Shown: positions 48,348-57,995 of the stretch, one piece after another
Numbering within the stretch: the stretch's first letter is position 1
Layout of the letters: each line of letters begins with the position of its first letter
Source of the DNA: Candidatus Limnocylindrales bacterium
GTDB taxonomy: Bacteria; Moduliflexota; Moduliflexia; Moduliflexales; JAUQPW01
Length of the DNA stretch: 64,000 nucleotides
NCBI GenBank assembly: GCA_035559535.1
Contig: DATMBG010000015.1
Span: 23,677-87,676 of the forward strand
Direction of reading: 5' to 3'
The notes under the pieces: generated by a model
What the model was told of the DNA's origin: nothing
Databases searched by the model: none
What the model saw: only the letters and a program-made list of their open reading frames with translations
Translations under genes and position numbers: made by a program

Positions 48348-48419
48348 TTTATTAGAGACTCAATGCATATTACCCTATAAACCCCTTTTCATTCACTGAA
48401 AAACATGAAACAGGATCTT

Positions 48420-48857
48420 CTATTCTAAATTCTCTAAATCCGCCAAATCTCGCAGACGACCGGTCGCTTTTTTATTCTTCTTGAGGTTTTCCAGATCAAT
48501 AAAATTTACAGTTACTTCATCAATTTTAACCTGAACCTTTGAGGCGTAACAACTTTCAAAATCCACACCTTTCAACCCGAGTAACAGGTCTATCCGATTG
48601 GGAGGATACCCTAATTGAATGATATGGTTGGGATCAAGAAAGTCCTCTACCTGCAAACCTAACGAACCAAAACCAAATTGAGCTAAGGCTTTAACCACCT
48701 TAGCCGCATTTTCCGGGCTCAATTCAAGCCATACGTCTAAATCTCTGGTGTAACGGGGGTATCCATGAACTGCAAGGGCATATCCCCCCACAATCAGATA
48801 ACGCACTTCGTTATCGTTTAACGATTGTATAAACTCTTTGAAGTCTGGGTTCAGCAT
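48420..48857 (-). CDS. minimal nucleotidyltransferase-fold protein (MNT/DUF6036-like, toxin-antitoxin-type cassette)
   Basis: 145 aa. NTase signature [23 protein letters not shown] (G[GS]-x(n)-D.D). The start overlaps the preceding reading frame by 47 nt. Confidence 0.65.
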   Translation of the reverse strand: MLNPDFKEFIQSLNDNEVRYLIVGGYALAVHGYPRYTRDLDVWLELSPENAAKVVKALAQFGFGSLGLQVEDFLDPNHIIQLGYPPNRIDLLLGLKGVDFESCYASKVQVKIDEVTVNFIDLENLKKNKKATGRLRDLADLENLE

Positions 48858-48959
48858 GATATTTCCAACGATGATACTCTTGCCGGATTTGCTCTAGGGT
48901 GGCCAGGCGAGTTTGATAAGATTGGGTTTGCCAATAAGCGAAATCATTTTTTTGCTCAT
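48811..48959 (-). other. small partner ORF of the nucleotidyltransferase cassette, currently frame-fused to mnmG
   Basis: ATG at 48959-48957 behind AAGG/GGGG. It reads MSKK, then an A7 run (plus-strand T7 at 48947-48953). With 8 A the ORF would read [49 protein letters not shown]. With 7 A this peptide is in the mnmG frame instead. Confidence 0.45.
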
Positions 48960-50886
48960 CCCCTTTTACCTTAGTGTAGATTTTTTTTATACCTCTAGTC
49001 AGACTGCCGCCTTGACGGTTCCCAGATAACCGATCCAACCAAACCAGCAAGATGGAAATAGCTGCTGGGGTAACTCCCGATATCCGGGCAGCCTGACCGA
49101 TGGAAATAGGCCGGATCTGTTTGAGTTTTTGCCGAACCTCGGTGGATAAGCCGGGGATGGTATCATAGTCAAAATCCTCGGGGATTGAACGACTTTCCAA
49201 TTTTTTGAACCGTTCGACCTGTTCATTCTGCCGCTGGATATATCCCTCATATTTGACCTGCAACTCGAGCTGTTCGGCCACTTCACGAGGTAAGCCAGGA
49301 GATTCCGGATCGATTTCCCGGATATCGGCATAAGTAATTCCAGGACGTTTTAAAATTTGAATCAAAGGGGCAGGTTCCGAGATAGGATTGGTTCCGCGGC
49401 GCTCCAGCACGGTATTTACAACCACACTGGGTTTAACCCAGGTCTTTTCAAGCCGGGCGATTTCCTCGGCCATGATTCGTTTCTTTTCTTGAAATCGGGC
49501 GTATTGTTCCTTGGAGATCAATCCCAGTTGATAACCTTTATCCATGAGTCGCAGATCGGCATTATCCTGTCGGAGCAGGAGTCGGTATTCGGAACGGGAG
49601 GTAAACATCCGATAGGGTTCCGTAACCCCTTTGGTGACCAAGTCATCGATCAAAACCCCGATATGAGCTTCAGATCGGTCTAAAATGAAAGGTGCCCGAC
49701 CCTGAACCTTCAAAGCAGCATTGATCCCTCCAATTAATCCCTGAGCCGCTGCTTCCTCATATCCTGTAGTTCCGTTAATTTGACCGGCCAGAAAAAGACC
49801 TTCGACCAGTTTGGTCTCCAGGGTCGGTTTAAGCTGGGTTGGGAAAACAAAATCATATTCGATGGCGTAGCCGGGGCGCATGATTTCGGCTTTTTCCAAT
49901 CCTCGGATGGTTCGAATGAACTGGATCTGAACTTCCAGGGGAAGACTGGTAGATACTCCGTTGGTGTAAATTTCCCGAGTTGTTCGTCCTTCAGGCTCCA
50001 GGAAAATTTGATGCCGGGTTTTATCGGGAAATTTAACGATCTTATCCTCAATGGAAGGACAATAGCGTACCCCGGTGCCTTTAATAGCTCCCCCGTACAT
50101 GGCTGACTTTGAAAGATTGTTTCGGATGATCTGATGGGTCTCTGGGTTGGTATATCCCAAATAACAGGGGATTTGGGGTTGGGTAATCTTCTCCGTCGAG
50201 AAGGAAAACGGTCGCGGATCCTCATCGCCGGGTTGAATTTCCAGAACCGAGAAATCGATGGTTTTGGCATCCAGACGAGGATTGGTACCGGTTTTGAGCC
50301 GACCCATTTCAAATCCCAACTTCCTGAGACAGGCTGAAAGCCCTATGGAGGGGGCCTCGCCGGCCCGCCCCGCTGCGTGATTTTTCATGCCCACATGGAC
50401 TAATCCGTTGAGAAAAGTCCCCGTGGTGATTACAACGGCCTTGGCCCGATAAGCCATTCCGAGATTGGTCTCAACCCCAATAACTTTTCCGTTTTCCACC
50501 AGAAGTTTTTCCACAGAAGCCTGTTTGATATCCAGTCCTTCCTGATTCTCTAAAACCCATTTCATTTCCAGCCGATATTGCTGTTTATCAGCCTGGGCAC
50601 GGGAAGCCCAAACGGCAGGACCTTTACTGGTATTCAGAAGACGGAATTGAATGCCGGTTTTATCAATATTCTTGGCCATTTCACCGCCGAGGGCATCAAT
50701 TTCACGGACCAGATGGGCTTTAGCAGTTCCACCGATGGAAGGATTACAGGGCATCAGGGCAATGGTGTCCAGATTGATGGTCAGCACCAAGGTCTCGCAA
50801 CCCATTCGGGCTGCAGCCAGTGCGGCCTCACAACCGGCATGACCGGCTCCTATCACGATCACATCGTAGGCTTTATCGTAAAACAT
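48811..50886 (-). CDS. mnmG: tRNA uridine-5-carboxymethylaminomethyl synthesis enzyme MnmG (GidA), with ~70-aa non-MnmG C-terminal tail
   Basis: 691-aa ORF. FAD motif [15 protein letters not shown], conserved body, and the usual C-terminal helix ...[19 protein letters not shown] near aa 615. Residues after about nt 49023 are unrelated to MnmG. Confidence 0.9.
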   Translation of the reverse strand: MFYDKAYDVIVIGAGHAGCEAALAAARMGCETLVLTINLDTIALMPCNPSIGGTAKAHLVREIDALGGEMAKNIDKTGIQFRLLNTSKGPAVWASRAQADKQQYRLEMKWVLENQEGLDIKQASVEKLLVENGKVIGVETNLGMAYRAKAVVITTGTFLNGLVHVGMKNHAAGRAGEAPSIGLSACLRKLGFEMGRLKTGTNPRLDAKTIDFSVLEIQPGDEDPRPFSFSTEKITQPQIPCYLGYTNPETHQIIRNNLSKSAMYGGAIKGTGVRYCPSIEDKIVKFPDKTRHQIFLEPEGRTTREIYTNGVSTSLPLEVQIQFIRTIRGLEKAEIMRPGYAIEYDFVFPTQLKPTLETKLVEGLFLAGQINGTTGYEEAAAQGLIGGINAALKVQGRAPFILDRSEAHIGVLIDDLVTKGVTEPYRMFTSRSEYRLLLRQDNADLRLMDKGYQLGLISKEQYARFQEKKRIMAEEIARLEKTWVKPSVVVNTVLERRGTNPISEPAPLIQILKRPGITYADIREIDPESPGLPREVAEQLELQVKYEGYIQRQNEQVERFKKLESRSIPEDFDYDTIPGLSTEVRQKLKQIRPISIGQAARISGVTPAAISILLVWLDRLSGNRQGGSLTRGIKKIYTKVKGDEQKNDFAYWQTQSYQTRLATLEQIRQEYHRWKYHAEPRLQRVYTIVKR

Positions 50887-50914
50887 AGGTAATTATTCCA
50901 TCCCAAAGACCCAA

Positions 50915-50993
50915 AGGGGAAAGAAGTATGAAAGTATAGGGGTGTGGAACTATAGGGCCTGGGAGCTCTCTCTACCCTCCCATACTTTCCTCT
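50915..50993. repeat. G-rich/C-rich imperfect palindrome (same family as 38766-38874)
   Basis: GGGGAAAGAAGTATGAAAGTATAGGGGTGTGG ... CTCTACCCTCCCATACTTTCCTC. It shares GAAGTATG and CTCCCATAC/CCCATACTTT with the 38.8-kb copy and lies between the mnmG start and the mnmE stop. Confidence 0.6.
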
Positions 50994-51024
50994 ATTACCT
51001 TTGTGTCTTCGGAGTGAAGCCATA

Positions 51025-52404
51025 TTACTTCCCGATACAAAAAGTGGAGAAGATTTCCGTCAAAATATCTTCGGTCGTAGTCTCCCCTATAATCTCCCCT
51101 AAACTATCTAGAGCAGCTCGAAGATCCACGGCAATGAATTCACCAGACATTCTTTGTGCTATAGATTCCCGGGCTTTCAACAGACTCTGCTGAGCTTTGA
51201 TCAAAGCGTTTTTATGACGAATGTTGGTGACCCAGACACTTTCCACCGGAGTTTTCACGACCATCTCAAAAATCAGGTCTTTCAATGTTTCAATTCCGCT
51301 TTTTTCTTTAGCTGAAATCTTAACCCAGGGAATTCCGGCCAATAGCTGACCGGCTTCTTCTCCAATTTTAGAGGGAAGATCGATTTTATTCAAAACTCCT
51401 AAAACCTTTTTCTCTTTAACCAGCTCCAAAATGTCCCGGTCTTCCTGAGTCAGGGGACTGGAACTATCGAGAACCCAAAGAACCAGATCTGCTTTTTCTA
51501 ACAAATTTTTGCTTCGTAGTACACCCTGGACTTCCACAGGATCTTCGGTATTTCGGATTCCGGCTGTATCCAGCAGTCTCACGGGAACCCCCTTGAGATT
51601 TAACGATTCTTCGATGACATCCCGGGTTGTTCCCGGAATGGGGGTTACGATAGCCCTTTCTTCTTCCAGAAGTACATTCAACAAGCTCGATTTTCCGACA
51701 TTGGGTTTACCCACAATAACCAGAGATAGACCTTCTCGGAGGATCTGACCTTCCTCTGCCGTCTCGATGAGAAAATCAATGGATTCAAGGGCCTCGCCGA
51801 TTCCAGAATCCAATGCTTCAGGGGAAATCACCTCAATATCTTCTTCAGAGAAATCAATCGACGCTTCAACCAGGGCCGTCAGGTGTTTCAGGGTATCTCG
51901 AATAGCACGAACCTTTTGGGATAACCGTCCTTCCAACTGTCGTACGGCCACCTTGTGGCTTAACTCGGTTCTGGATTGAATAATATCGATGACTGCCTCG
52001 GCCTGGGATAGATCTATACGTCCGTTCAGAAAAGCTCTTTTTGTGAATTCCCCCGGCTCTGCCAATCTCGCTCCGCCCTTGAGAACCAGATCCAGGATTC
52101 GTTTCAAGGAGATAAAACCCCCATGACTGCTAATCTCCACTACATCCTCTCGCGTATAGGATTTGGGGGCTCGCATCAAGGTTACCAGCACTTCATCCAC
52201 AGGTTCCTGGGTTCCTGGATCGTAAATATGTCCGTAGTGAACGGTATGGGAGGGAAGATCTTTGAGTTTTTTACCTTTAGAAGGAGACACAAAGAGCGCA
52301 TCTGCAATGGCGATAGCAGCCTTGCCGCTTATGCGAATAACTCCTATTCCGCCTTCTCCCAACGGAGTTGAAATGGCAGCAATGGTATCCTCCTGGAAAA
52401 ACAC
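51025..52404 (-). CDS. mnmE: tRNA modification GTPase MnmE (TrmE)
   Basis: 459 aa. N-terminal DTIAAISTP, G-domain GKPNVGKSSLLN / DTAGIR / NKIDL, C-terminal CIGK. Confidence 0.95.
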   Translation of the reverse strand: MFFQEDTIAAISTPLGEGGIGVIRISGKAAIAIADALFVSPSKGKKLKDLPSHTVHYGHIYDPGTQEPVDEVLVTLMRAPKSYTREDVVEISSHGGFISLKRILDLVLKGGARLAEPGEFTKRAFLNGRIDLSQAEAVIDIIQSRTELSHKVAVRQLEGRLSQKVRAIRDTLKHLTALVEASIDFSEEDIEVISPEALDSGIGEALESIDFLIETAEEGQILREGLSLVIVGKPNVGKSSLLNVLLEEERAIVTPIPGTTRDVIEESLNLKGVPVRLLDTAGIRNTEDPVEVQGVLRSKNLLEKADLVLWVLDSSSPLTQEDRDILELVKEKKVLGVLNKIDLPSKIGEEAGQLLAGIPWVKISAKEKSGIETLKDLIFEMVVKTPVESVWVTNIRHKNALIKAQQSLLKARESIAQRMSGEFIAVDLRAALDSLGEIIGETTTEDILTEIFSTFCIGK

Positions 52405-52427
52405 GGATAATCAAGAAAGGGATGAAA

Positions 52428-52490
52428 GTCTGAGGGTCCAGGAGCCGGGGAAAGGGATCCCTTCTGCACCCATAACCCTCAAACTCCCAG
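52428..52490. repeat. nested palindrome between jag and mnmE
   Basis: TGAGGGT (52431-52437) pairs with ACCCTCA (52475-52481), and the centre is the perfect palindrome AAGGGATCCCTT (52452-52463). Same G-rich-then-C-rich layout as the other elements. Confidence 0.5.
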
Positions 52491-52503
52491 ATTCTACCTT
52501 CAA

Positions 52504-53211
52504 TTAAGGCTCTAGATTTTTTCGATGATTATTTTGATTATTCTTGGATATAACAATCTTTCGAAAAAATCCGTTTCCACGGCTTAAAGTTCGAATAGCC
52601 GGATCATCTTTGAGCGTCATATGGATAATTTTTCTATCATGGGGACTTAAAGGAGCCACCACAATGGGTTTTCCTGTATTCTTAACCTTACGAGAGAGTT
52701 TCAAAGCCAGGTTTCTAAGGGTCTGCCGTCGCTGGAGCCTGTAGTTGGAAGTATCCAGGGTAACCTCTAGTTTATCCCCCAGGTGTTTATGGATCATCAG
52801 ATCAACAAGATACTGGAGAGCATCCAGGGTCTTACCCTTTTTCCCTATCAGGAGTTTATCATCCTCACACTTGATGTTAAAAATAATTTCTTCATTCTTG
52901 GTTTTCATGTCAATAACGGCGCTTAAACCCATTTTAGTCAGAAGCCCATCCAGTATTTCTTTGACTTTGATAATTTGATGGTCGAGTTCTGTTTTTCCAT
53001 TTCCAGGGACCTCTTTGGATTCAGGTTTTTCTACGAGTTCTTTTACTGTTATTTTAACTTTGGCTGGTTTACCTCCGATGAGCCCAAAAAAACCTTTACT
53101 TCCTTCCTCTAACACCTGAATATCTACTTCTTCTCGACGTACCTGAAGTTTAACAAGGGCACTGTTGATAGCTTCCTCTACCGTTTTTCCTTCTTCCTCA
53201 AAGGTTCTCAT
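52504..53211 (-). CDS. jag: RNA-binding protein Jag/KhpB (Jag_N, KH, R3H)
   Basis: MRTFEEEGKTVEEAINSAL Jag_N start, KH-like GKKGKTLDALQYL, R3H-like ...SPHDRKIIHMTLKD. Start moved to ATG 53211 behind GGAGGAG. Confidence 0.88.
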   Translation of the reverse strand: MRTFEEEGKTVEEAINSALVKLQVRREEVDIQVLEEGSKGFFGLIGGKPAKVKITVKELVEKPESKEVPGNGKTELDHQIIKVKEILDGLLTKMGLSAVIDMKTKNEEIIFNIKCEDDKLLIGKKGKTLDALQYLVDLMIHKHLGDKLEVTLDTSNYRLQRRQTLRNLALKLSRKVKNTGKPIVVAPLSPHDRKIIHMTLKDDPAIRTLSRGNGFFRKIVISKNNQNNHRKNLEP

Positions 53212-53281
53212 CCTAATTCTCCTCCTTTGTATTCTCAACTTAAAGTTTGTAGCCTCTTCTTAGGCTTGGAGATGCTTAGGG

Positions 53282-54961
53282 TTATCCTTTATTAACTTTC
53301 CTTTTTTTGTCAGATACAGCTTTTTTTCCAGTGGCATCTCCCCGGTTGATGAGGTATTGCTGACCGATACTTAATACATTATTGACAAGCCAATATAGAA
53401 CCAATCCAGATGGGAAATTCCAGAACATGGCCGTAAAGATAACTGGCATAAACTTAAACATCTGGGCTTGTTTGGGGTCTCCTGTAGTTGGCGTCATGGA
53501 TTGTTGGATAAACATGCTGACCCCCATAAGCAAGACAAGAATTTTGATGGCATAGGGTTCCGGAGCTGAGAGATCCGGGATCCAAAGAAAAGAAGCTCCT
53601 CTTAACTCGATGGAGACCAGCAGAGCCTGATATAAGGCAAAAAATACAGGAATCTGGAGCAACATGGGCAGACAACCCCCCATGGGATTAACCCCCTCCT
53701 TTTTGTAAAGTTCCATCAGCTTTTGGTTCATAACTTTAGGATCTTTTCGATACTTTTCCCGAATCTCCAGCACTTTAGGCTGCAGGGACTGCATGCTCTT
53801 CATGGACTTAAAGCTGGCATAGGTTAAAGGATAAAAAATTAATTTAACGAGAACGGTGAGGGATATGATGGCAAGCCCATAACTATGGGTATAGGTATAG
53901 ACGACGTGCATGAACAAAACCATCCCTTTGACTAACCACCCCAGATAATATCCATAGTCAATCAGTTGCTCCAAACCTACTTTAAGGGCACTGAGTTTAT
54001 CATGCTCTTTAGGGCCTGCGTAAATACGATACCTTACGCCCTCAAGGCCTGTCTGACCAACTTTGAGGATCACATGGTCCACAGAAATAGCCTTTTTCTC
54101 CTCGGTATCTGACGGGAGAAGTTCCACGGCAACGGTGTTAATAGAAGAAGCCGGGAGCAGGGCCGCTGCAAAATACTTTCGATCTATCGCAGCCCAGTTT
54201 ACATCTTCAGCCTGTACAACCCCTTTTAATTTATCCACAGGCTGCTTTAAGAGCTGGCCTCGTACAGAGGATACAATCTGATTACTGTAAGTTGTCTGAT
54301 CATCCAATAAATTTCCAAGTCCGGGACCCCAGGTTAGAAATAAAGCGCCGGTCTCTAAACGAGGGTGATGGAGAGTCAGTTCTACATCAACCTGGTAATT
54401 ATCTTGATAAAAAGTCAATTTTTTCGTAAAAGAGATCCCGTTCTCATTCTTGTAAGTGAATTCTATAGAATCCACTTTGTTGGCTTCGGTTAATCGGAGT
54501 ACGGGTTTTGAAGCTGTAAAAAGTCCAAAATTTAATTCGTTATTAAGGGACATATCCCCCGTCAACACCTCCAGGGGATAACGGTTTACCTTCCTTGAAA
54601 GTTCTGGAATCAATTCTACCGGATTCCCTTCTGAATTTTTATGGTTGAGGATTTGCCAGCTTTTTATGCGAGCTCCTTCGGTAGTCAGAAGAACCTTCAT
54701 AAGTTTGCTTTCAACAAGAACCTCTTGAGCCTCCGGGTTGGCAGGTTGAGATATCACTTGAGATTGCATGGCCTGCTGAGAAAGGGAAGAAGCAGTTTCT
54801 TGCTGACCTGAACTCTCCGGAACCGGCGAAGGTTTTACCATCTCTTGTTGTATCCTTTGCTGCCGCTTCCAGGCTTCCTGACGGGGAGTTATATAAAATT
54901 TCTGCCACAAAACTAAGACAAGTAAAGATAAAATAACAGCTAATAAAGCACGTTTTTCCAT
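53282..54961 (-). CDS. yidC: membrane protein insertase YidC
   Basis: 559 aa. N-terminal TM, large periplasmic domain, and the conserved C-terminal 5-TM core (GLAIISLTVLVKLIFYPL, MNPMGGCLPMLLQIPVFFALY, VLYWLVNNVLSIGQQ). Confidence 0.95.
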   Translation of the reverse strand: MEKRALLAVILSLLVLVLWQKFYITPRQEAWKRQQRIQQEMVKPSPVPESSGQQETASSLSQQAMQSQVISQPANPEAQEVLVESKLMKVLLTTEGARIKSWQILNHKNSEGNPVELIPELSRKVNRYPLEVLTGDMSLNNELNFGLFTASKPVLRLTEANKVDSIEFTYKNENGISFTKKLTFYQDNYQVDVELTLHHPRLETGALFLTWGPGLGNLLDDQTTYSNQIVSSVRGQLLKQPVDKLKGVVQAEDVNWAAIDRKYFAAALLPASSINTVAVELLPSDTEEKKAISVDHVILKVGQTGLEGVRYRIYAGPKEHDKLSALKVGLEQLIDYGYYLGWLVKGMVLFMHVVYTYTHSYGLAIISLTVLVKLIFYPLTYASFKSMKSMQSLQPKVLEIREKYRKDPKVMNQKLMELYKKEGVNPMGGCLPMLLQIPVFFALYQALLVSIELRGASFLWIPDLSAPEPYAIKILVLLMGVSMFIQQSMTPTTGDPKQAQMFKFMPVIFTAMFWNFPSGLVLYWLVNNVLSIGQQYLINRGDATGKKAVSDKKRKVNKG

Positions 54962-55022
54962 TTCTTCTTTTTTATAAATAACAACCTTTCAGAGGGTCCA
55001 AAACCTTTGAAGGGTTCAATGT

Positions 55023-55232
55023 TTAATCAACCGGATCATACCCACCTTCCCACATAGGATTGCATCGGAAAATCCTTTTAAGTGTCAGCCAACTTCCTTT
55101 TAAAGGACCATACTTCTTTATAGCTTCGATACTATAGTCCGAGCAGGAAGGAAAAAATCGACACGAGGGGGGGAGAAGAGGTGATATAAATAGTTGATAA
55201 CCTTTTATAATACTGACTAAAACAAACTTCAT
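55023..55232 (-). CDS. yidD: membrane protein insertion efficiency factor YidD
   Basis: 69 aa with the family pattern [31 protein letters not shown]...RCNP...GGYDPV. Confidence 0.93.
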   Translation of the reverse strand: MKFVLVSIIKGYQLFISPLLPPSCRFFPSCSDYSIEAIKKYGPLKGSWLTLKRIFRCNPMWEGGYDPVD

Positions 55233-55295
55233 AGATTCCCATCTGATATGAAGACCTTGAAGAAATCATCAAAAGGAGGGTGTGAATTTAAAGAT

Positions 55296-55667
55296 CTACT
55301 TATTTATATTTTGATCACTACTAATTTCAAGGGATTGAAGTCCGTCGTGTAGCTCTTTTTCTAACTCTGAATAACTTTTTTCAACTAAACCATGCCGGGC
55401 TACCATGACTACCTCTGCATGTTCGGGAAACAGGAATTTATTTTTTCTAAATAGCTCTCTTAATAATCTCTTAGCTCGGTTTCGGACTACGGATTTTCCC
55501 ATCTTTTTACTGACCGTAACCCCTAATCGCCGTCCTGGAACTCGAGAATCAACATAGATATACACTATTAAAGAAGGTAAAACTAACTTTTTCCCCCTTG
55601 AATAAAGGAACTTAAAACGGTTACCCTCTGTAATCTTTTCAAACTTCTTAAGGGTTTGTGAACACAT
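55296..55667 (-). CDS. rnpA: ribonuclease P protein component
   Basis: 123 aa, basic, with the RNR-type motif AVVRNRAKRLLRE. Located between rpmH and yidD. Confidence 0.9.
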   Translation of the reverse strand: MCSQTLKKFEKITEGNRFKFLYSRGKKLVLPSLIVYIYVDSRVPGRRLGVTVSKKMGKSVVRNRAKRLLRELFRKNKFLFPEHAEVVMVARHGLVEKSYSELEKELHDGLQSLEISSDQNINK

Positions 55668-55679
55668 CAGATAAAAGGA

Positions 55680-55814
55680 TCAAACCGTAAGCCTTTTTCT
55701 ACCTTTGGCCCGTCGACGTTTAAGCACATTTCTTCCAGATTTGGTACGCATTCTTTTTAAAAATCCATGCGTCCTTTGCCGCTTTCGATTCTTAGGTTGA
55801 TACGTCCGCTTCAA
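55680..55814 (-). CDS. rpmH: 50S ribosomal protein L34
   Basis: Below the ORF-track size cutoff. Hand translation from the TTG start gives (M)[48 protein letters not shown] lies 7 nt upstream. Confidence 0.93.
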   Translation of the reverse strand: MKRTYQPKNRKRQRTHGFLKRMRTKSGRNVLKRRRAKGRKRLTV

Positions 55815-56356
55815 AGTTTACCTCCTATCTCATTTTGATTTAATTTTCCGGTTTATTACTCAAAATTCTTATCCCTTAAAGCTTAATTTTTCTCCTCTTC
55901 TTTATCACTTAAAGCAGGTTATCAAACTCAGGATTGCACACACAGTATAATTGACTTTTATCCATTCTGTCAAGAAGTAAATTATACCTGTTGACATATC
56001 CTGGTTAAAAAAAATACTTGAAAACTTTTTGAAATTGTGTTCTATAAAACTCTATAAGCACGTTGATACTACTTCATTAACATACAGTTATGCTTTTGAA
56101 AGGGTTTTAATATTTTACCCGATTTAATGTATGTTAACTTATTATATAGTTTACACTTATTAAGTTATCCACAAATGTGGATAAACCTGTGTGTAACTTT
56201 TTTCTCTTTTTTAGAGAGCAATCTGTGGAGAGTTTTGTCAAGATTCCTATCAAATTTTTCTCGGTGGCAGGAGTAACCAGAAAAGATTCCCCGGTCTGTT
56301 CAAAATTTAGTTCCTATTAGAAGAAGGAAAAGGATTTCAAGAACCGCATAAGAGCC
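55815..56356. other. probable oriC / dnaA control region
   Basis: 542-bp AT-rich rpmH-dnaA spacer with two perfect DnaA boxes, several 2-mismatch boxes (TTATCCATT near 55956, TCTCCACAG complement near 56222) and an A/T tract (GGTTAAAAAAAATACTTGAAAACTTTTTGAAATT). Gene orientation switches here. Confidence 0.7.
56165..56184. promoter_or_regulatory. two perfect head-to-head DnaA boxes
   Basis: TTATCCACA (56165-56173) aa TGTGGATAA (56176-56184), which together form a 20-bp perfect palindrome. Confidence 0.85.
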
Positions 56357-57754
56357 ATGGATATATGGGAAAAGGTTCTTAGAGAGCTACAAAATCAGAT
56401 CAACCCATCCAGCTTTGAGATGTGGTTTAAGCCTACCCGACTGAGGTCTTTTAACAACCAGGAACTCCAGGTGGTTGTACCCGATGAACACTTTGTAAGC
56501 TGGCTTAGGGAGCACTACCTGGAGTCTATAACCAGAGTATTAAGAACCTTTGTGGATAAGATGCCTGAAATCCATTTCGTGGTAGATGATACCTTTAAAG
56601 CAAAAGTAGAAGAAAAGCCGACTCAATTGGAATTACCTATTCAACGGGTTTACTATCCAAGACAACGTCCTCGTAAGATGACCCCGGTTCGAAATCCGTG
56701 GAAAAAGCCCTCTCCATTTCTTCTGGACACTGAAGAACCTAACTTGAATCCTCGATATACCTTTGAAACTTATGTAGTAGGCACGAGTAACCAGTTTGCC
56801 CATGCAGCATCCAGAGCCGTTGCTGAACAGTTATCCACAGCCTATAATCCACTTTTTATCTATGGGGGGGTAGGACTCGGTAAAACTCACCTTATGCATG
56901 CGATCGGACATGCCGTCAGAAAAACGCTGCGCTCGATTAGACTCTTCTATGCATCCTCCGAACGCTTCATGAATGAGTTGATCCATGCCATTCGATATGA
57001 TGCCATGCCTGAATTCCGAAGGAAATATCGTAACATTGATTTACTTCTCATCGATGATATTCAATTTATTGCAGGTAAAGAACGGACCCAGGAGGAATTT
57101 TTCCATACTTTTAATGCCTTATATGATGCTCGAAAACAGATCGTTATTTCCAGTGATTGTCCCCCGAAACAAATACCAACCCTTGAAGAACGGTTAAGAT
57201 CTCGATTTGAGTGGGGTCTCATTGCAGATATACAACCTCCAGATCTGGAAACAAAAATAGCTATTCTCAAAAAGAAAGCCGAGTTGGAAAAGGTGGGATT
57301 ACCCGATGACGTAGCCCTATTTATCGCCAGCAAAATAAAATCAAATATTCGGGAGTTAGAAGGCTCTCTAATCAAAGTTGCCGCTTATTCTTCTTTGACT
57401 GGACAAGAAATTACCCTGGAGCTTGCTCAACAGGTCTTGAAGGATCTTCTAAGTCCCAAGGAAAAAAATATAAACATTGACTTAATTCAAAAAGTAGTAT
57501 CCGATTATTATAATGTAAGCTCTCAAGAGATGAAATCCCAGTCAAGGGCCAGAGCTATTGCCTTTCCTCGGCAGGTAGCCATGTATCTCTCTAAAGAGTT
57601 GACCAGGTCCTCATTGCCCGAGATAGGTAAAAATTTCGGAGGTAAAGATCACACAACTGTGATCCATGCCTGTCAAAAAATTAAAGAAAAAATAGCTAAG
57701 GATCCAAATTTTAAACAAGTTATAGAGAAATTAAAAGGGCTTGTAACCGCATGA
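56357..57754 (+). CDS. dnaA: chromosomal replication initiator protein DnaA
   Basis: 465 aa. Domain I start MDIWEKVLRELQ, AAA+ GGVGLGKTHLMHAIG, Walker B LLLIDDIQF, and the domain IV DnaA signature (FGGKDHTTVIHACQKI). Confidence 0.97.
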   Translation: MDIWEKVLRELQNQINPSSFEMWFKPTRLRSFNNQELQVVVPDEHFVSWLREHYLESITRVLRTFVDKMPEIHFVVDDTFKAKVEEKPTQLELPIQRVYYPRQRPRKMTPVRNPWKKPSPFLLDTEEPNLNPRYTFETYVVGTSNQFAHAASRAVAEQLSTAYNPLFIYGGVGLGKTHLMHAIGHAVRKTLRSIRLFYASSERFMNELIHAIRYDAMPEFRRKYRNIDLLLIDDIQFIAGKERTQEEFFHTFNALYDARKQIVISSDCPPKQIPTLEERLRSRFEWGLIADIQPPDLETKIAILKKKAELEKVGLPDDVALFIASKIKSNIRELEGSLIKVAAYSSLTGQEITLELAQQVLKDLLSPKEKNINIDLIQKVVSDYYNVSSQEMKSQSRARAIAFPRQVAMYLSKELTRSSLPEIGKNFGGKDHTTVIHACQKIKEKIAKDPNFKQVIEKLKGLVTA

Positions 57755-57761
57755 GGGGTTG

Positions 57762-57770
57762 GTGGATAAG
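57762..57770 (-). promoter_or_regulatory. near-consensus DnaA box in the dnaA-dnaN spacer
   Basis: The plus strand GTGGATAAG is the reverse complement of CTTATCCAC, and the extended minus-strand site reads TTATCCACC (1 mismatch from TTATCCACA). Confidence 0.45.
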
Positions 57771-57995
57771 TTATGTGAATAAGGCTGGTGATTTACCGTC
57801 CGGAACTCTTATTAAGAAACCTAACATGTTAATAACCCAGAAACCATTCACAGGGTACTCACAGGTTCCCTGCAGGAATAACCATTTAAATTTTCAAGGA
57901 ATCTGGAAACAATCCAGGGTTTTGCACAGACTTTATAAATTCTACTAAATTAATTCTATAAGGATTTGTAAAACTTAAACAGGAGAAGATCTGTT

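Noticed and set aside
49734-50312. 192-aa ORF antisense to mnmG (plus several 100-aa ORFs on both strands in 48999-50892)
   Set aside because: All are embedded in the conserved MnmG coding region, and no family was recognised. They are shadow ORFs.
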